A stretch of DNA of 52,774 bases from Spirochaetota bacterium. Its GTDB lineage: Bacteria; Spirochaetota; UBA4802; UBA5550. The stretch lies in contig JBBAGC010000001.1 of assembly GCA_041655115.1 (NCBI GenBank), positions 1 to 52,774 of the forward strand, given 5' to 3'. This document shows, piece after piece, positions 40,513 through 49,020 of this stretch; positions within the stretch are counted from its first letter, which is position 1, and every line of letters starts with the position of its first letter. The translations under genes and the position numbers were made by a program. The notes under the pieces are model-generated. The model saw only the letters and a program-made list of their open reading frames with translations, did not search any database and was not told where the DNA came from.

Positions 40513-41210
40513 GAGACCTTTGCACAACTCCCCCATTATCCCTTTCCCTCACGTTCACATAGGCCCTGAAAAACTGTGTTATTCAAAGCTATCATATTAA
40601 TATTACTTGACATTCAAACGTTTTTCTGCCATAGTTCGTCCATAAAAATCACCCTCGGGAGGATTTCATGGGCTTCAAAAACATGAAAGTCAATTTCACC
40701 TTCGCCGACATGGCACTGTCAACCTCAATGGAGAAGAACCGGGCCATCAAACGCATGGAAGAGATCAACGCCATCGCCGACGGCATCATGAGAAGGGCCA
40801 CAGGAAGAACTAGCCTCACGGCCTTCGAAGTAGCGAGGCATAAGGCCATCGCGAAGATCAGATATATCGTCGAACAGTACTTCGGGCTCACCCATCTCCA
40901 TAACAACGCTTCCAGGGCACGGTTTACCACCATCGCCAAAAATGCCACCGACGCCCTCTTCAGGCAATTCGCCTTCAACCTTCAAAGGGGAACCAGGGTC
41001 CTGGCAACATGAAACAAGGGAGTAGTGCGTCCGCAGAGGGAAAAACAGAGAAACGGAGACTCCCAATGAGTCATTCGGGATGTCAAAGGGTCGTGTCATA
41101 GCGGTAAAAACGCTTTCGGTCCGGAACTCCGACCGGAAGTAACCTCCGGAATCCTGAAAAAATGGCCCCGAAAGGGGAAAGCAGGGAATAGGCGATTATT
41201 CAAACGTCTC
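40513..41210 (+). mobile_element. Degenerate IS (IS4/IS5-superfamily type) with an internally deleted transposase
   Basis: GAGACCTTTGCACAACTCCC at 40513 matches the reverse complement of 41191-41210 (GAGACGTTTGAATAATCGCC) at 14 of 20 positions by hand alignment. The 3'-terminal region of about 140 bp recurs at 52248-52391. Confidence 0.6.
40668..41012 (+). pseudogene. Transposase remnant (N- and C-terminal segments of a DDE_Tnp_1-type IS5-like transposase, catalytic core missing)
   Basis: Only 114 aa. FADMALSTSMEKNRAIKRMEEINAI resembles the N-terminal region. RYIVEQYFGLTHLHNNASRARFTTIAKNATDALFRQFAFNLQRG resembles the conserved C-terminal region of IS5-family transposases. Confidence 0.6.
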
Positions 41211-41230
41211 AATACGTTCGCTGTTGTAGC

Positions 41231-42586
41231 TCAATCGTTCCAATTGCAAATATTCTTTACCACATCCTTTTGGAGACAATCGCGGTATTCTGCAAAACTA
41301 AAATATGATATAAGATGGTTATTGTTAATGTTCGGAATTGAATTTTGATGAGGACATACTGAACAAGCCGTATTCAAAAAATTAACGTCTGACGAATCAA
41401 AATATTTTCGAGAGATTACGTAATGCATGCTGTTAAAGACGTTAATGTCTGATAAAATATTCCCGAATAACGCGGACGGATCTTTCAAGGGTTCAAAACA
41501 ACAAGGAAATATGCGGCCAGTGGCGTCCATGGCCATGTCTTTATACAACCACTGACAAGTTTTCATATTTGGCCTTGATCCTTCAAGATAGTCGTCGTCC
41601 ACACGTGAGACCCATGATTTCTCCCAATGATCCTCAATGATCGGATGAAGGTCTATTACAGCGTTTTCAAGAGACTGGCGGCCAGCGCCAATTTGTAAAT
41701 TGAATACATTATAACGAGGTAGTAGGTTTAATGGTTTAGTAATTGTTGGATCGTACATTGAAACATCATATGGTTCGGCAAAATCGATCCGGTCCACACC
41801 TCTCTCTTGGGCCAACTTTTTCGCTTGATTTATTTCAGATATCGTATGATCAAAAAGAAGGTACTGCCATACAATAAAAGGCGTTTTTGATTTCAAATCT
41901 TTGCGGGCTTTAACAAGACGGGTAATGTTGTCGAGGACAAGATCGAAGTTGCCATTGACACGGTACTTACCATAAGTTTCGGCAGTAGCCCCATCGATAG
42001 ATAAAATCAAATAGTCAAGCCCTGAGGCAACCAGCGCCTCTGCATCAAAAGAAAGCGAAAGATTTGTAGAAATAGATGTACGCATCAAAAAACGGCGCGA
42101 TTCCTGAATGAATTGTGGTGTTTTTTTGTTTAACAAAGGCTCCCCCCAGTTAAAATATTGGGTGTTGATTGCATAAGGCCCGAATTCATAGAGGAGTCGG
42201 TCAAGAGTGTCCTTATTCAGGTTACCAGGAACCCAGTCAATTTTGCTTTTATCTTGAGCTGTTTTTCGATGAATGCATCCAGGGCACGCCAATTGGCAGG
42301 AATTACATGGATCGACAATAAGACCAAACGGACGTGAAATCAGTCGGCTATGTCGTCGCAGGTATTGGTATTTACCCACTGCAACGTTGGATATCTTGAG
42401 CAATAAAACTTTGGCAAATCTTTCCGAGCCATAGACTTGCTTTAGATAACTCAACGATTCTCTATTGAAGTTGTCGACTTTTTTAAGAAATATATCAAAT
42501 TCAATTTCAGACTCGCTGAGCGCGGACAGTTCATTTAACAAATTCGATATCGGCAGAAAGTTAGTATTCATTGCCACTTTTTCCAT
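41231..42586 (-). CDS. Radical SAM enzyme with a SPASM/twitch-like C-terminal cysteine motif; function unknown
   Basis: CQLACPGC (CX3CX2C), NWGEPLL and LILSIDGATAETYGKYR form the radical-SAM core. The C-terminal segments CQWLYKDMAMDATGRIFPCC and ACSVCP are SPASM/twitch-like. The ATG at 42586 is preferred over the TTG at 42592. The gene is A+T-rich. Confidence 0.8.
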   Translation of the reverse strand: MEKVAMNTNFLPISNLLNELSALSESEIEFDIFLKKVDNFNRESLSYLKQVYGSERFAKVLLLKISNVAVGKYQYLRRHSRLISRPFGLIVDPCNSCQLACPGCIHRKTAQDKSKIDWVPGNLNKDTLDRLLYEFGPYAINTQYFNWGEPLLNKKTPQFIQESRRFLMRTSISTNLSLSFDAEALVASGLDYLILSIDGATAETYGKYRVNGNFDLVLDNITRLVKARKDLKSKTPFIVWQYLLFDHTISEINQAKKLAQERGVDRIDFAEPYDVSMYDPTITKPLNLLPRYNVFNLQIGAGRQSLENAVIDLHPIIEDHWEKSWVSRVDDDYLEGSRPNMKTCQWLYKDMAMDATGRIFPCCFEPLKDPSALFGNILSDINVFNSMHYVISRKYFDSSDVNFLNTACSVCPHQNSIPNINNNHLISYFSFAEYRDCLQKDVVKNICNWND

Positions 42587-42607
42587 CACCAACTGTAGGG
42601 TGAGTCC

Positions 42608-43639
42608 TTAATTTTTACACTTTATCTTGCGACTAAAAGTTTTCATCATACCAACTATTTGTTTCCCTACTGATTTATATCGAAGGCATTCAAAATGTTG
42701 CTGCAGTTCCTGTAATTCATTTTTATCCGGGTCTCCCGGAAGTTGATTGAGAATGGACTGATAATAATCATTTGCCCGCTTGCTCTCTCTGCTCTTCGGT
42801 TTAAACGAAGAAGATGTCTCATCTATCTTTGAACTGTTAATTTTCTCCTTTAACGGCAAAAGACAATCCGGATTAAATTCCTCTCCCAAAAAGTCAAAAC
42901 AACTGCTCAATGTTGATTCAGGCGAATTAATAAATTCAGTATAACCAATACGCAATACCTTGTTCTTACCGAGCGCTTTCTCACCTTTAATTGCATACTC
43001 AACATGCTTAATCCAATGATCATAAGCTTTTGCTTCATCATGGTTCGCACCGGCGCTTCCCGCCTGAGAAAATTTCATTAAAGAACGCGCAACCTCGTTC
43101 GGGTCTCGAAGCAAATGGATAAATCGCGCTCCGGGAAACAGCAGGGACAAACTATACATGTAATAAACATTCTCCGGTGTCCCATCCACCCAGCGTCGCT
43201 TTGGATCAGATACACTACGAACAACTTGAATATTCTTATTACTAATCGGAGATGTAAATACTTCTCCGGCATTCATTCTTTCATTAATCTCTTTCTCTGT
43301 TAACCCCAACTTTTGCAGGGAACTCTTTTGTATAAACCGTAGACGCGGCTCTCGCGTATCTACAATAAACTGGTCAAGCGCCCGGCCAAAAGCGCCATAA
43401 AAATCCGCCTCATCCCAGTCAAGCGCGCCCAAATGTGAAAAGCGACCGTGTACGGTGCCGACTTCGTAAAGTTTCCGCATGTCAATCGTCAAACGGGCTA
43501 TCCAGTGTGTTTCTGGAAGCGGCAAAATATTGGGGTGCTGCCCAAGACACCAGGTAAGAACACTTGTCCCGGAACGTCCTGAACCGACTATAAATACCGG
43601 CTCGCATTGAGACTGTCGATTAACTTTCACTGAACTCAT
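42608..43639 (-). CDS. Sulfotransferase-family protein, paralogue 1
   Basis: A GSGRSGTS loop (5'-phosphosulfate-binding type) and an RDPNEVARS motif (3'-phosphate-binding type). The ATG at 43639 is preceded by GAGAGG. A GTG at 43645 is an alternative start. Confidence 0.8.
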   Translation of the reverse strand: MSSVKVNRQSQCEPVFIVGSGRSGTSVLTWCLGQHPNILPLPETHWIARLTIDMRKLYEVGTVHGRFSHLGALDWDEADFYGAFGRALDQFIVDTREPRLRFIQKSSLQKLGLTEKEINERMNAGEVFTSPISNKNIQVVRSVSDPKRRWVDGTPENVYYMYSLSLLFPGARFIHLLRDPNEVARSLMKFSQAGSAGANHDEAKAYDHWIKHVEYAIKGEKALGKNKVLRIGYTEFINSPESTLSSCFDFLGEEFNPDCLLPLKEKINSSKIDETSSSFKPKSRESKRANDYYQSILNQLPGDPDKNELQELQQHFECLRYKSVGKQIVGMMKTFSRKIKCKN

Positions 43640-43727
43640 ATTCACCTCTCTGAAACAACTTGCTCCTTTCTACTATTCGCTTCACGAGTAAAGATACCAT
43701 TTCTTCAGAAGAAGTTTTCTCGTTGGA

Positions 43728-44714
43728 TTATGCTTTGTTGATATCGGCGGCATAATTTTCGAAATGTTGTTGCAGTCCCTGCAATTCAACTTGATCAGGG
43801 TCTCCCGGTGATTGATTAAGAATGGACTGATAATAATCATTTGCCCGTTTGCTCTCTCTACTTTTCGGTTTAAATGAAGCAAGAGGCTCATCTATCTTTG
43901 AACTGTTGATTTTCTCCTTTAACGGCAAAAGACAATCCGGATTAAATTCCTCTCCCAAAAAACCAAAACAACTGCGCAACGTAGATTCAGATGAATTAAT
44001 AAAATCTATGTAATCAATTCGTAACACCTTATCCCACCCCAGCGCTTTCTCACCTTTAATTGCATACTCAACATGCTTAAGCCAATGCTCATAAGCTTTT
44101 GCTTCATCATGGTTCTCGCCGGCGCTTCCCGCCTGAGAAAATTTCATTAAAGAACGTGCAACCTCGTTCGGATCCCGAAGTAAATGGATAAACCGCGCTC
44201 CGGGAAACAGCAGAGACAAGCTATACATGTAAAACACATTCTCTGGTGTCCCATCCACCCAGCGACGCTTTGGATCAGATACACTACGAACAACTTGGTA
44301 ATTCTTGGGTGTGACAAGGTCAGGATCCGGACTCAGCTTTCCTTCCTTTTCAAGGTTCTCGATATCAGATTCACTTAATCCTTTTTTTTTGGCTGATAAT
44401 TTACGAATAAATCTCAAACGAGCATCGATTGTATCAATTACGAATTGGTCGACTGAACGTCCAAATGAGGCATAAAAATCCGCCTCATCCCAGTCAAGCG
44501 CGCCCAAATGTGAAAAGCGACCGTGTACGGCGCCGACTTCGTAAAGTTTCCGCATGTTAATCGTCAAACGGGCTATCCAGTGTGTTTCCGGAAGTGGCAA
44601 AATATTGGGGTGCTGCCCAAGACACCAAGTGAGAAGACTTGTTCCCGAACGACCAGAACCGACAATAAATACCGGCTCGCATTGAGACTGTCGATTAACT
44701 TTCACTGAACTCAT
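43728..44714 (-). CDS. Sulfotransferase-family protein, paralogue 2 (tandem duplicate)
   Basis: Numbering from the track GTG start, the first 28 residues are identical to paralogue 1, and the RBS region is also identical. It carries the same GSGRSGTS and RDPNEVARS motifs. The central segment and the C terminus differ. Confidence 0.8.
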   Translation of the reverse strand: MSSVKVNRQSQCEPVFIVGSGRSGTSLLTWCLGQHPNILPLPETHWIARLTINMRKLYEVGAVHGRFSHLGALDWDEADFYASFGRSVDQFVIDTIDARLRFIRKLSAKKKGLSESDIENLEKEGKLSPDPDLVTPKNYQVVRSVSDPKRRWVDGTPENVFYMYSLSLLFPGARFIHLLRDPNEVARSLMKFSQAGSAGENHDEAKAYEHWLKHVEYAIKGEKALGWDKVLRIDYIDFINSSESTLRSCFGFLGEEFNPDCLLPLKEKINSSKIDEPLASFKPKSRESKRANDYYQSILNQSPGDPDQVELQGLQQHFENYAADINKA

Positions 44715-44753
44715 ATTCACCTCTCTGAAATTTGACGCTCGATGGGGGACTTG

Positions 44754-45092
44754 TTACGAGGACGTCAGATTTGCCTTCTGGACAAAGTCACGTGCCCGGT
44801 TGATTTGAGCAGGCGAAAGTTCAACGCGATGGAAAACAAAATCATCAATGCCCTCTTTTTTCAACCCTTTTGCCACACCAACTTCAACCTGCGCATCTCC
44901 ACATCCAAAACTGATCAAATTCCGATTGCCCGTTTTTATGATTCGTTCTGCAAATGGCTTCCAATAAAACTCCAGATGGTTGTTCACAGCAAATATTTCC
45001 GTAAAACCTAGTTTGAAATATTTTTCCTGCCAGTATCGAAAAATATCAGAAAGCTGTGCATGCATGTTTTCAGTATGTTCGTATTGCCGCAT
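44754..45092 (-). pseudogene. N-terminal half of a class I SAM methyltransferase (probable truncated gene)
   Basis: LISFGCGDAQVEVGVAKGL (motif I) and FHRVELSPAQINRARDF (post-I) are present. The ORF stops after about 112 aa, before motifs II and III, 33-40 nt ahead of the sulfotransferase start. Confidence 0.5.
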
Positions 45093-45127
45093 ATTGTTTT
45101 GTTCTGTTAAACACAAATCCTCTCCCG

Positions 45128-45883
45128 CTATTTTCTTGTCTGAACTATACTTTTACGATAAGCTTCCAATACTTTGGGAACCTTGCCCTGTGCCTGGGTT
45201 TTGCCATTTTCTATCCAGATCAACCTGTCACAAATTTCCTGTATTAGAGGGATCACATGTGAAACCAGAACTACCGTTTTGTCAGACTTTATCCGTCTCT
45301 TCATTGCCGCCGTAGATTTTTCTTTGAAAGCCTCATCACCAACCCCAAGAACTTCATCCAACAAAATAACATCCGGGTCTAGATGATAGGCAACGGAGAA
45401 GCCCAGTCGGGCACGCATACCGGTGGAATAGGTGTTAACTGGTTCTTCGAAAAAGCCGTTGAGCTCAGAGAAGGCAACGATATCATCTAAACGAGATGCT
45501 ATTTCTTGTTTCTTAGCACCCAACAACATGCCGCTCAAGATGGCATTTTCTCGACCGCTCAGATGCGGCACGAAGCCGGCTCCAATTGAGATCATTGTTA
45601 TTTTTAAGTTTGGCTGGTGTACGATTATCTTTCCTTTATTGGGTGCAATGATACCGCCCAATACTCGAAGAAGCGTACTTTTACCACACCCGTTTCTTCC
45701 TATCACACCCAGAGTTTCACCTGCATACAAGTCAAACGATACATCTTGGAGCGCCCAGAAGTGAGAATGTCGTAAAAAGCGAAGACGACGGCTGTAGCAC
45801 AAGCCAACATTTTCAAGAGTAATGATTCTATTGCCTTTTTGATTGGGGTACAGTGGCTTACTTTTGTGTGCCTCAAGGGACAT
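45128..45883 (-). CDS. wzt: ABC-transporter ATP-binding protein for polysaccharide export (Wzt/TagH-like), without a C-terminal carbohydrate-binding extension
   Basis: Walker A GRNGCGKST, signature YSTGMRARL, and Walker B ILLDEVL. The protein is only 251 aa. Confidence 0.85.
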   Translation of the reverse strand: MSLEAHKSKPLYPNQKGNRIITLENVGLCYSRRLRFLRHSHFWALQDVSFDLYAGETLGVIGRNGCGKSTLLRVLGGIIAPNKGKIIVHQPNLKITMISIGAGFVPHLSGRENAILSGMLLGAKKQEIASRLDDIVAFSELNGFFEEPVNTYSTGMRARLGFSVAYHLDPDVILLDEVLGVGDEAFKEKSTAAMKRRIKSDKTVVLVSHVIPLIQEICDRLIWIENGKTQAQGKVPKVLEAYRKSIVQTRK

Positions 45884-45904
45884 TATACGACTCTCAATAA
45901 ATAT

Positions 45905-46702
45905 TTAATGAATGATTTTGGGATAAATCCGGTCAAATCTGTAATACAATAACATTGCAAAAGCCATCGTTACCGCAGAGAATAATATAATCAATACAAG
46001 ATGTAGCAAATCAGGAAGAACGCTGTTGTGAAGCACTTGGCGGTACATATTGATCATAACTGCCATCGGATTCAACCAGAGATAACCCTGAATAGATTCA
46101 GGCAATCTTGAAATGTCAAAAAAAATCCCGGAAAGGAAAAAGAGCATCAGCAGGAAATTATCCAATATGAAGCGAAGATCCGGGAAAAAGGGCATAATTG
46201 CCGCGAAAAAACCGGACACTGCTACAATTAAAAAGAGTTGCGTCACTATCAAAATCGGCAGAAACGTCCAGGACCACGTTATCTTCGTTTCCGTGAATTG
46301 CAGAAAAACAAGATAGAGTGCGAGGACCACAAAAAATTTAAAGGTATTGACTGCAACGGTGGTCAGGGGAAAAAGAATTTTCGGGACGTACACCTGGTTC
46401 ATCAGTCCAACATTTGCCATGAGACTGCTCGCACCGGCAGAAACGGTTGACTGGAACCATTTCCATACAATCAGGCCGGTCAGCAGAAAAATAACAAAAT
46501 TCTCATCACCCCGCTTAAATAGGTGTAAGAAAACAAAGTAAAAAATAGTCATGTACATAACTGGTTCTAAAATCCACCACAGCACCCCCAGATAACCCCG
46601 TGAAGCTTCCACGCGCAATCCGGCTTTTGCTTTCTGCATTACCAGATCAATGAAATGTCGCCGCTCCTTATAGCCTGTGCGAATCGTGTCTTTGATGCTC
46701 AT
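45905..46702 (-). CDS. wzm: ABC-2-type polysaccharide export permease (Wzm-like)
   Basis: About 265 aa with six hydrophobic segments. GYLGVLWWILEPVMYM is typical of ABC-2 permeases. A GTG at 46717 is an alternative start. Confidence 0.8.
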   Translation of the reverse strand: MSIKDTIRTGYKERRHFIDLVMQKAKAGLRVEASRGYLGVLWWILEPVMYMTIFYFVFLHLFKRGDENFVIFLLTGLIVWKWFQSTVSAGASSLMANVGLMNQVYVPKILFPLTTVAVNTFKFFVVLALYLVFLQFTETKITWSWTFLPILIVTQLFLIVAVSGFFAAIMPFFPDLRFILDNFLLMLFFLSGIFFDISRLPESIQGYLWLNPMAVMINMYRQVLHNSVLPDLLHLVLIILFSAVTMAFAMLLYYRFDRIYPKIIH

Positions 46703-46769
46703 GCGAAGAGGCTCCACGGTATCGGACGTTGTGTTTCTCGGATAAGTGATTGATGGTTCCTGTAGTCAG

Positions 46770-47696
46770 TTATATTTTTTTCAATGCTACTGCTGCTACG
46801 AGCCCAAGATTTTCTGCCATCATCTGCCGATACACGCCGGATCGTTTCATGCCGATCAGGCGGGGCAGCAACCAGCGCTTTCGAGCGGCGGCGAATTTTT
46901 CCAGAATCTTCCGGTTCTCCGGCGTGAGACGGAAAATCAGATTCTGCAATGCTTTAATATTCCGGTCGTTCCAGTTCTTGTAGCGACCCCGCAACATCAT
47001 GCGAAGACGTGATGCACGGTCTGCCCAGCCGTTGCTTATACCGATCTCGTTTCTGTCATGCTGGCGGTAGCGGACCGTCGGGTGCGGGTCGTAGTGAATA
47101 CGGCCGCCGCAGCCGCTGACGACAAGGTACAGCCACCAGTCGTGTATGACGATGTCCGCGCGGGATGTCGTTTCAAGGAGAAGTTCCCGGGCGGCGTTGT
47201 TGAAAACCATGGTGTTGCCGCCGGCGATGTTCTGCACCAGCGCGTTGGCAAAGGACGGCTGTTTGGTAAATAATGGCGAAAAGCCGATCGCTCTGCCATC
47301 GGCGTCAACGATGCGGGTGCGGGAACAGTAGAGTGCCGGGGTGTCCGGTGACGTTTCGCCGAGTCGCTCAACTGCTGTTTTAAGCTTGTGGGTTTCCCAT
47401 AGATCGTCCTGGTCCGCCCAGGCATAATTGCCGGTGGTGCCCGCCTGCTGCGTCACGAAAAGGAAATTGGCCACATATCCCAGTGCCGGTCCTGCAAATA
47501 TCTCAAGGCGGTCATCGCCCCATCGCCGGCGGTATTTTTCAAGAATGTTTCGTGTGTTGTCCCGGGAACCGTCGTCCGACGCAAGAACCCGCCAGTGCTT
47601 ATAATCTTGGGCCTCGATGGAATCGAGCTGAGCCGGGAGGTAGCGTTCTCCGTTACAGGTGCAAAGCAGGATTGTTACGGCGCCGGAGGGTTCCAT
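46770..47696 (-). CDS. GT2-family glycosyltransferase
   Basis: VTILLCTCNGERYLPAQLDSIEAQDYKHWRVLASDDGSRDNT and a WADQDDLW motif. The ATG at 47696 is preferred over the GTG at 47705. Confidence 0.8.
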   Translation of the reverse strand: MEPSGAVTILLCTCNGERYLPAQLDSIEAQDYKHWRVLASDDGSRDNTRNILEKYRRRWGDDRLEIFAGPALGYVANFLFVTQQAGTTGNYAWADQDDLWETHKLKTAVERLGETSPDTPALYCSRTRIVDADGRAIGFSPLFTKQPSFANALVQNIAGGNTMVFNNAARELLLETTSRADIVIHDWWLYLVVSGCGGRIHYDPHPTVRYRQHDRNEIGISNGWADRASRLRMMLRGRYKNWNDRNIKALQNLIFRLTPENRKILEKFAAARKRWLLPRLIGMKRSGVYRQMMAENLGLVAAVALKKI

Positions 47697-47757
47697 GTCA
47701 CCCACAAAGGGGGCTGGGCCTGGTGATGCGAGATGTTACTTTACCCTTCAAAAATCT

Positions 47758-47903
47758 GGGACCTTTAAAACTATCGATTGTGTCATTTCGACCTCTCCCC
47801 CGTCATTTCGAACGCATGTGAGAAGTCTGAAAGATCCCTCGCTTTGCTCGGGACATGGATTTCTCGTCGCGATGCTCCTCGAAATGACACAATGAAAGGT
47901 CTC
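47758..47903 (+). mobile_element. MITE-like repeat copy R8
   Basis: GGGACCTTTAAAACTATCGATTGTGTCATTTCGA, one 20-bp unit, the conserved core, then TCGAAATGACACAATGAAAGGTCTC. The flanking pentamers AATCT (47753-47757) and GATCT (47904-47908) match at 4 of 5 positions. Confidence 0.8.
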
Positions 47904-47936
47904 GATCTCTTGGTTTCCTTCCGGGAAGAAGTATTC

Positions 47937-48995
47937 TCACGTGTAGTGTTTTTCGATCCAGTCTCGGTAACTGCCGGTGGTAACGTTACGTACCCACTCT
48001 CCGTTGTCAAGGTACCACTGCACGGTCTTGCGGATACCCGTCTCGAAGGTTTCTTCGGGTCTCCAGCCCAGTTCTCGCTCTATTTTCGTCGCGTCGATGG
48101 CATAGCGACGATCATGGCCGGGTCGATCTTTCACAAAGGTGATCTGTTCCCGGTAACTTTTACCGTCTTCGCGGGGACGCTTCTCGTCGAGCATGTCACA
48201 AAGGGTATGGACCACGTCAAGGTTGGCCTTTTCGTTCCAGCCGCCGATGTTGTAGGTTTCGCCGACAATTCCGGATTCGATGACCCGGTTGATGGCGCGG
48301 CAGTGATCAATGACATAGAGCCAATCGCGAACCTGCCGGCCGTCACCGTAAATGGGAAGGGGCTTGCCGGCAAGGGCGTTGTGGAGGATCAGGGGGATCA
48401 GTTTTTCCGGGAACTGGTAGGGGCCATAGTTGTTGGAGCAGTTTGTGGTAAGCACCGGAAGTCCATAGGTGTGGTGGTAGGCACGGACGAGATGGTCGGC
48501 GGCGGCCTTGCTGGCGGAGTAGGGGCTGTTCGGAGCGTAGCGGTTGTTTTCACTGAAGGCGGGGGCTTCGCTATCCAGCGTTCCATACACTTCGTCGGTG
48601 GAAACATGCAAAAAGCGGAAGGCTTCTTTCTGTTTGCCTTCAAGACCGTTCCGGTAGTCCCGGACAGATTCAAGGAGCCGGAAGGTTCCCACGATGTTGG
48701 TCCGGATGAAATCGTCAGGACCGTGAATACTTCGGTCGACATGGGATTCAGCGGCAAAATTGATGACGGCGGCGGGCTGATGCTCGGAGAGGAGACGAGA
48801 TACCAGCGCTGTATCACCGATATCGCCCTTGACAAAGATATGGGCGGGGTTGTCGCGAATGCCGGCAAGGTTTTCCGGATTTCCGGCGTAGGTCAGTATG
48901 TCAAGGTTGACTACAGGTTCAGTGGAATGTGCGAGCCGTTCGAGAACGAAGTTGCTTCCGATAAACCCGGCTCCTCCCGTAACAAGTATTGTCAT
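47937..48995 (-). CDS. rfbB: dTDP-glucose 4,6-dehydratase
   Basis: [26 protein letters not shown] and YSASKAA motifs. The size is 352 aa. Confidence 0.9.
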   Translation of the reverse strand: MTILVTGGAGFIGSNFVLERLAHSTEPVVNLDILTYAGNPENLAGIRDNPAHIFVKGDIGDTALVSRLLSEHQPAAVINFAAESHVDRSIHGPDDFIRTNIVGTFRLLESVRDYRNGLEGKQKEAFRFLHVSTDEVYGTLDSEAPAFSENNRYAPNSPYSASKAAADHLVRAYHHTYGLPVLTTNCSNNYGPYQFPEKLIPLILHNALAGKPLPIYGDGRQVRDWLYVIDHCRAINRVIESGIVGETYNIGGWNEKANLDVVHTLCDMLDEKRPREDGKSYREQITFVKDRPGHDRRYAIDATKIERELGWRPEETFETGIRKTVQWYLDNGEWVRNVTTGSYRDWIEKHYT

Positions 48996-49020
48996 AACAT
49001 CTCCTTTGGGGGTGTTTGTG

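Noticed and set aside
47063-47070. GGCGGTAG, identical to the enterobacterial ops (RfaH-recruiting) element
   Set aside because: It lies on the plus strand inside a minus-strand GT2 coding region, so it is not in a leader and is on the wrong strand for this operon. It is most likely a chance octamer.
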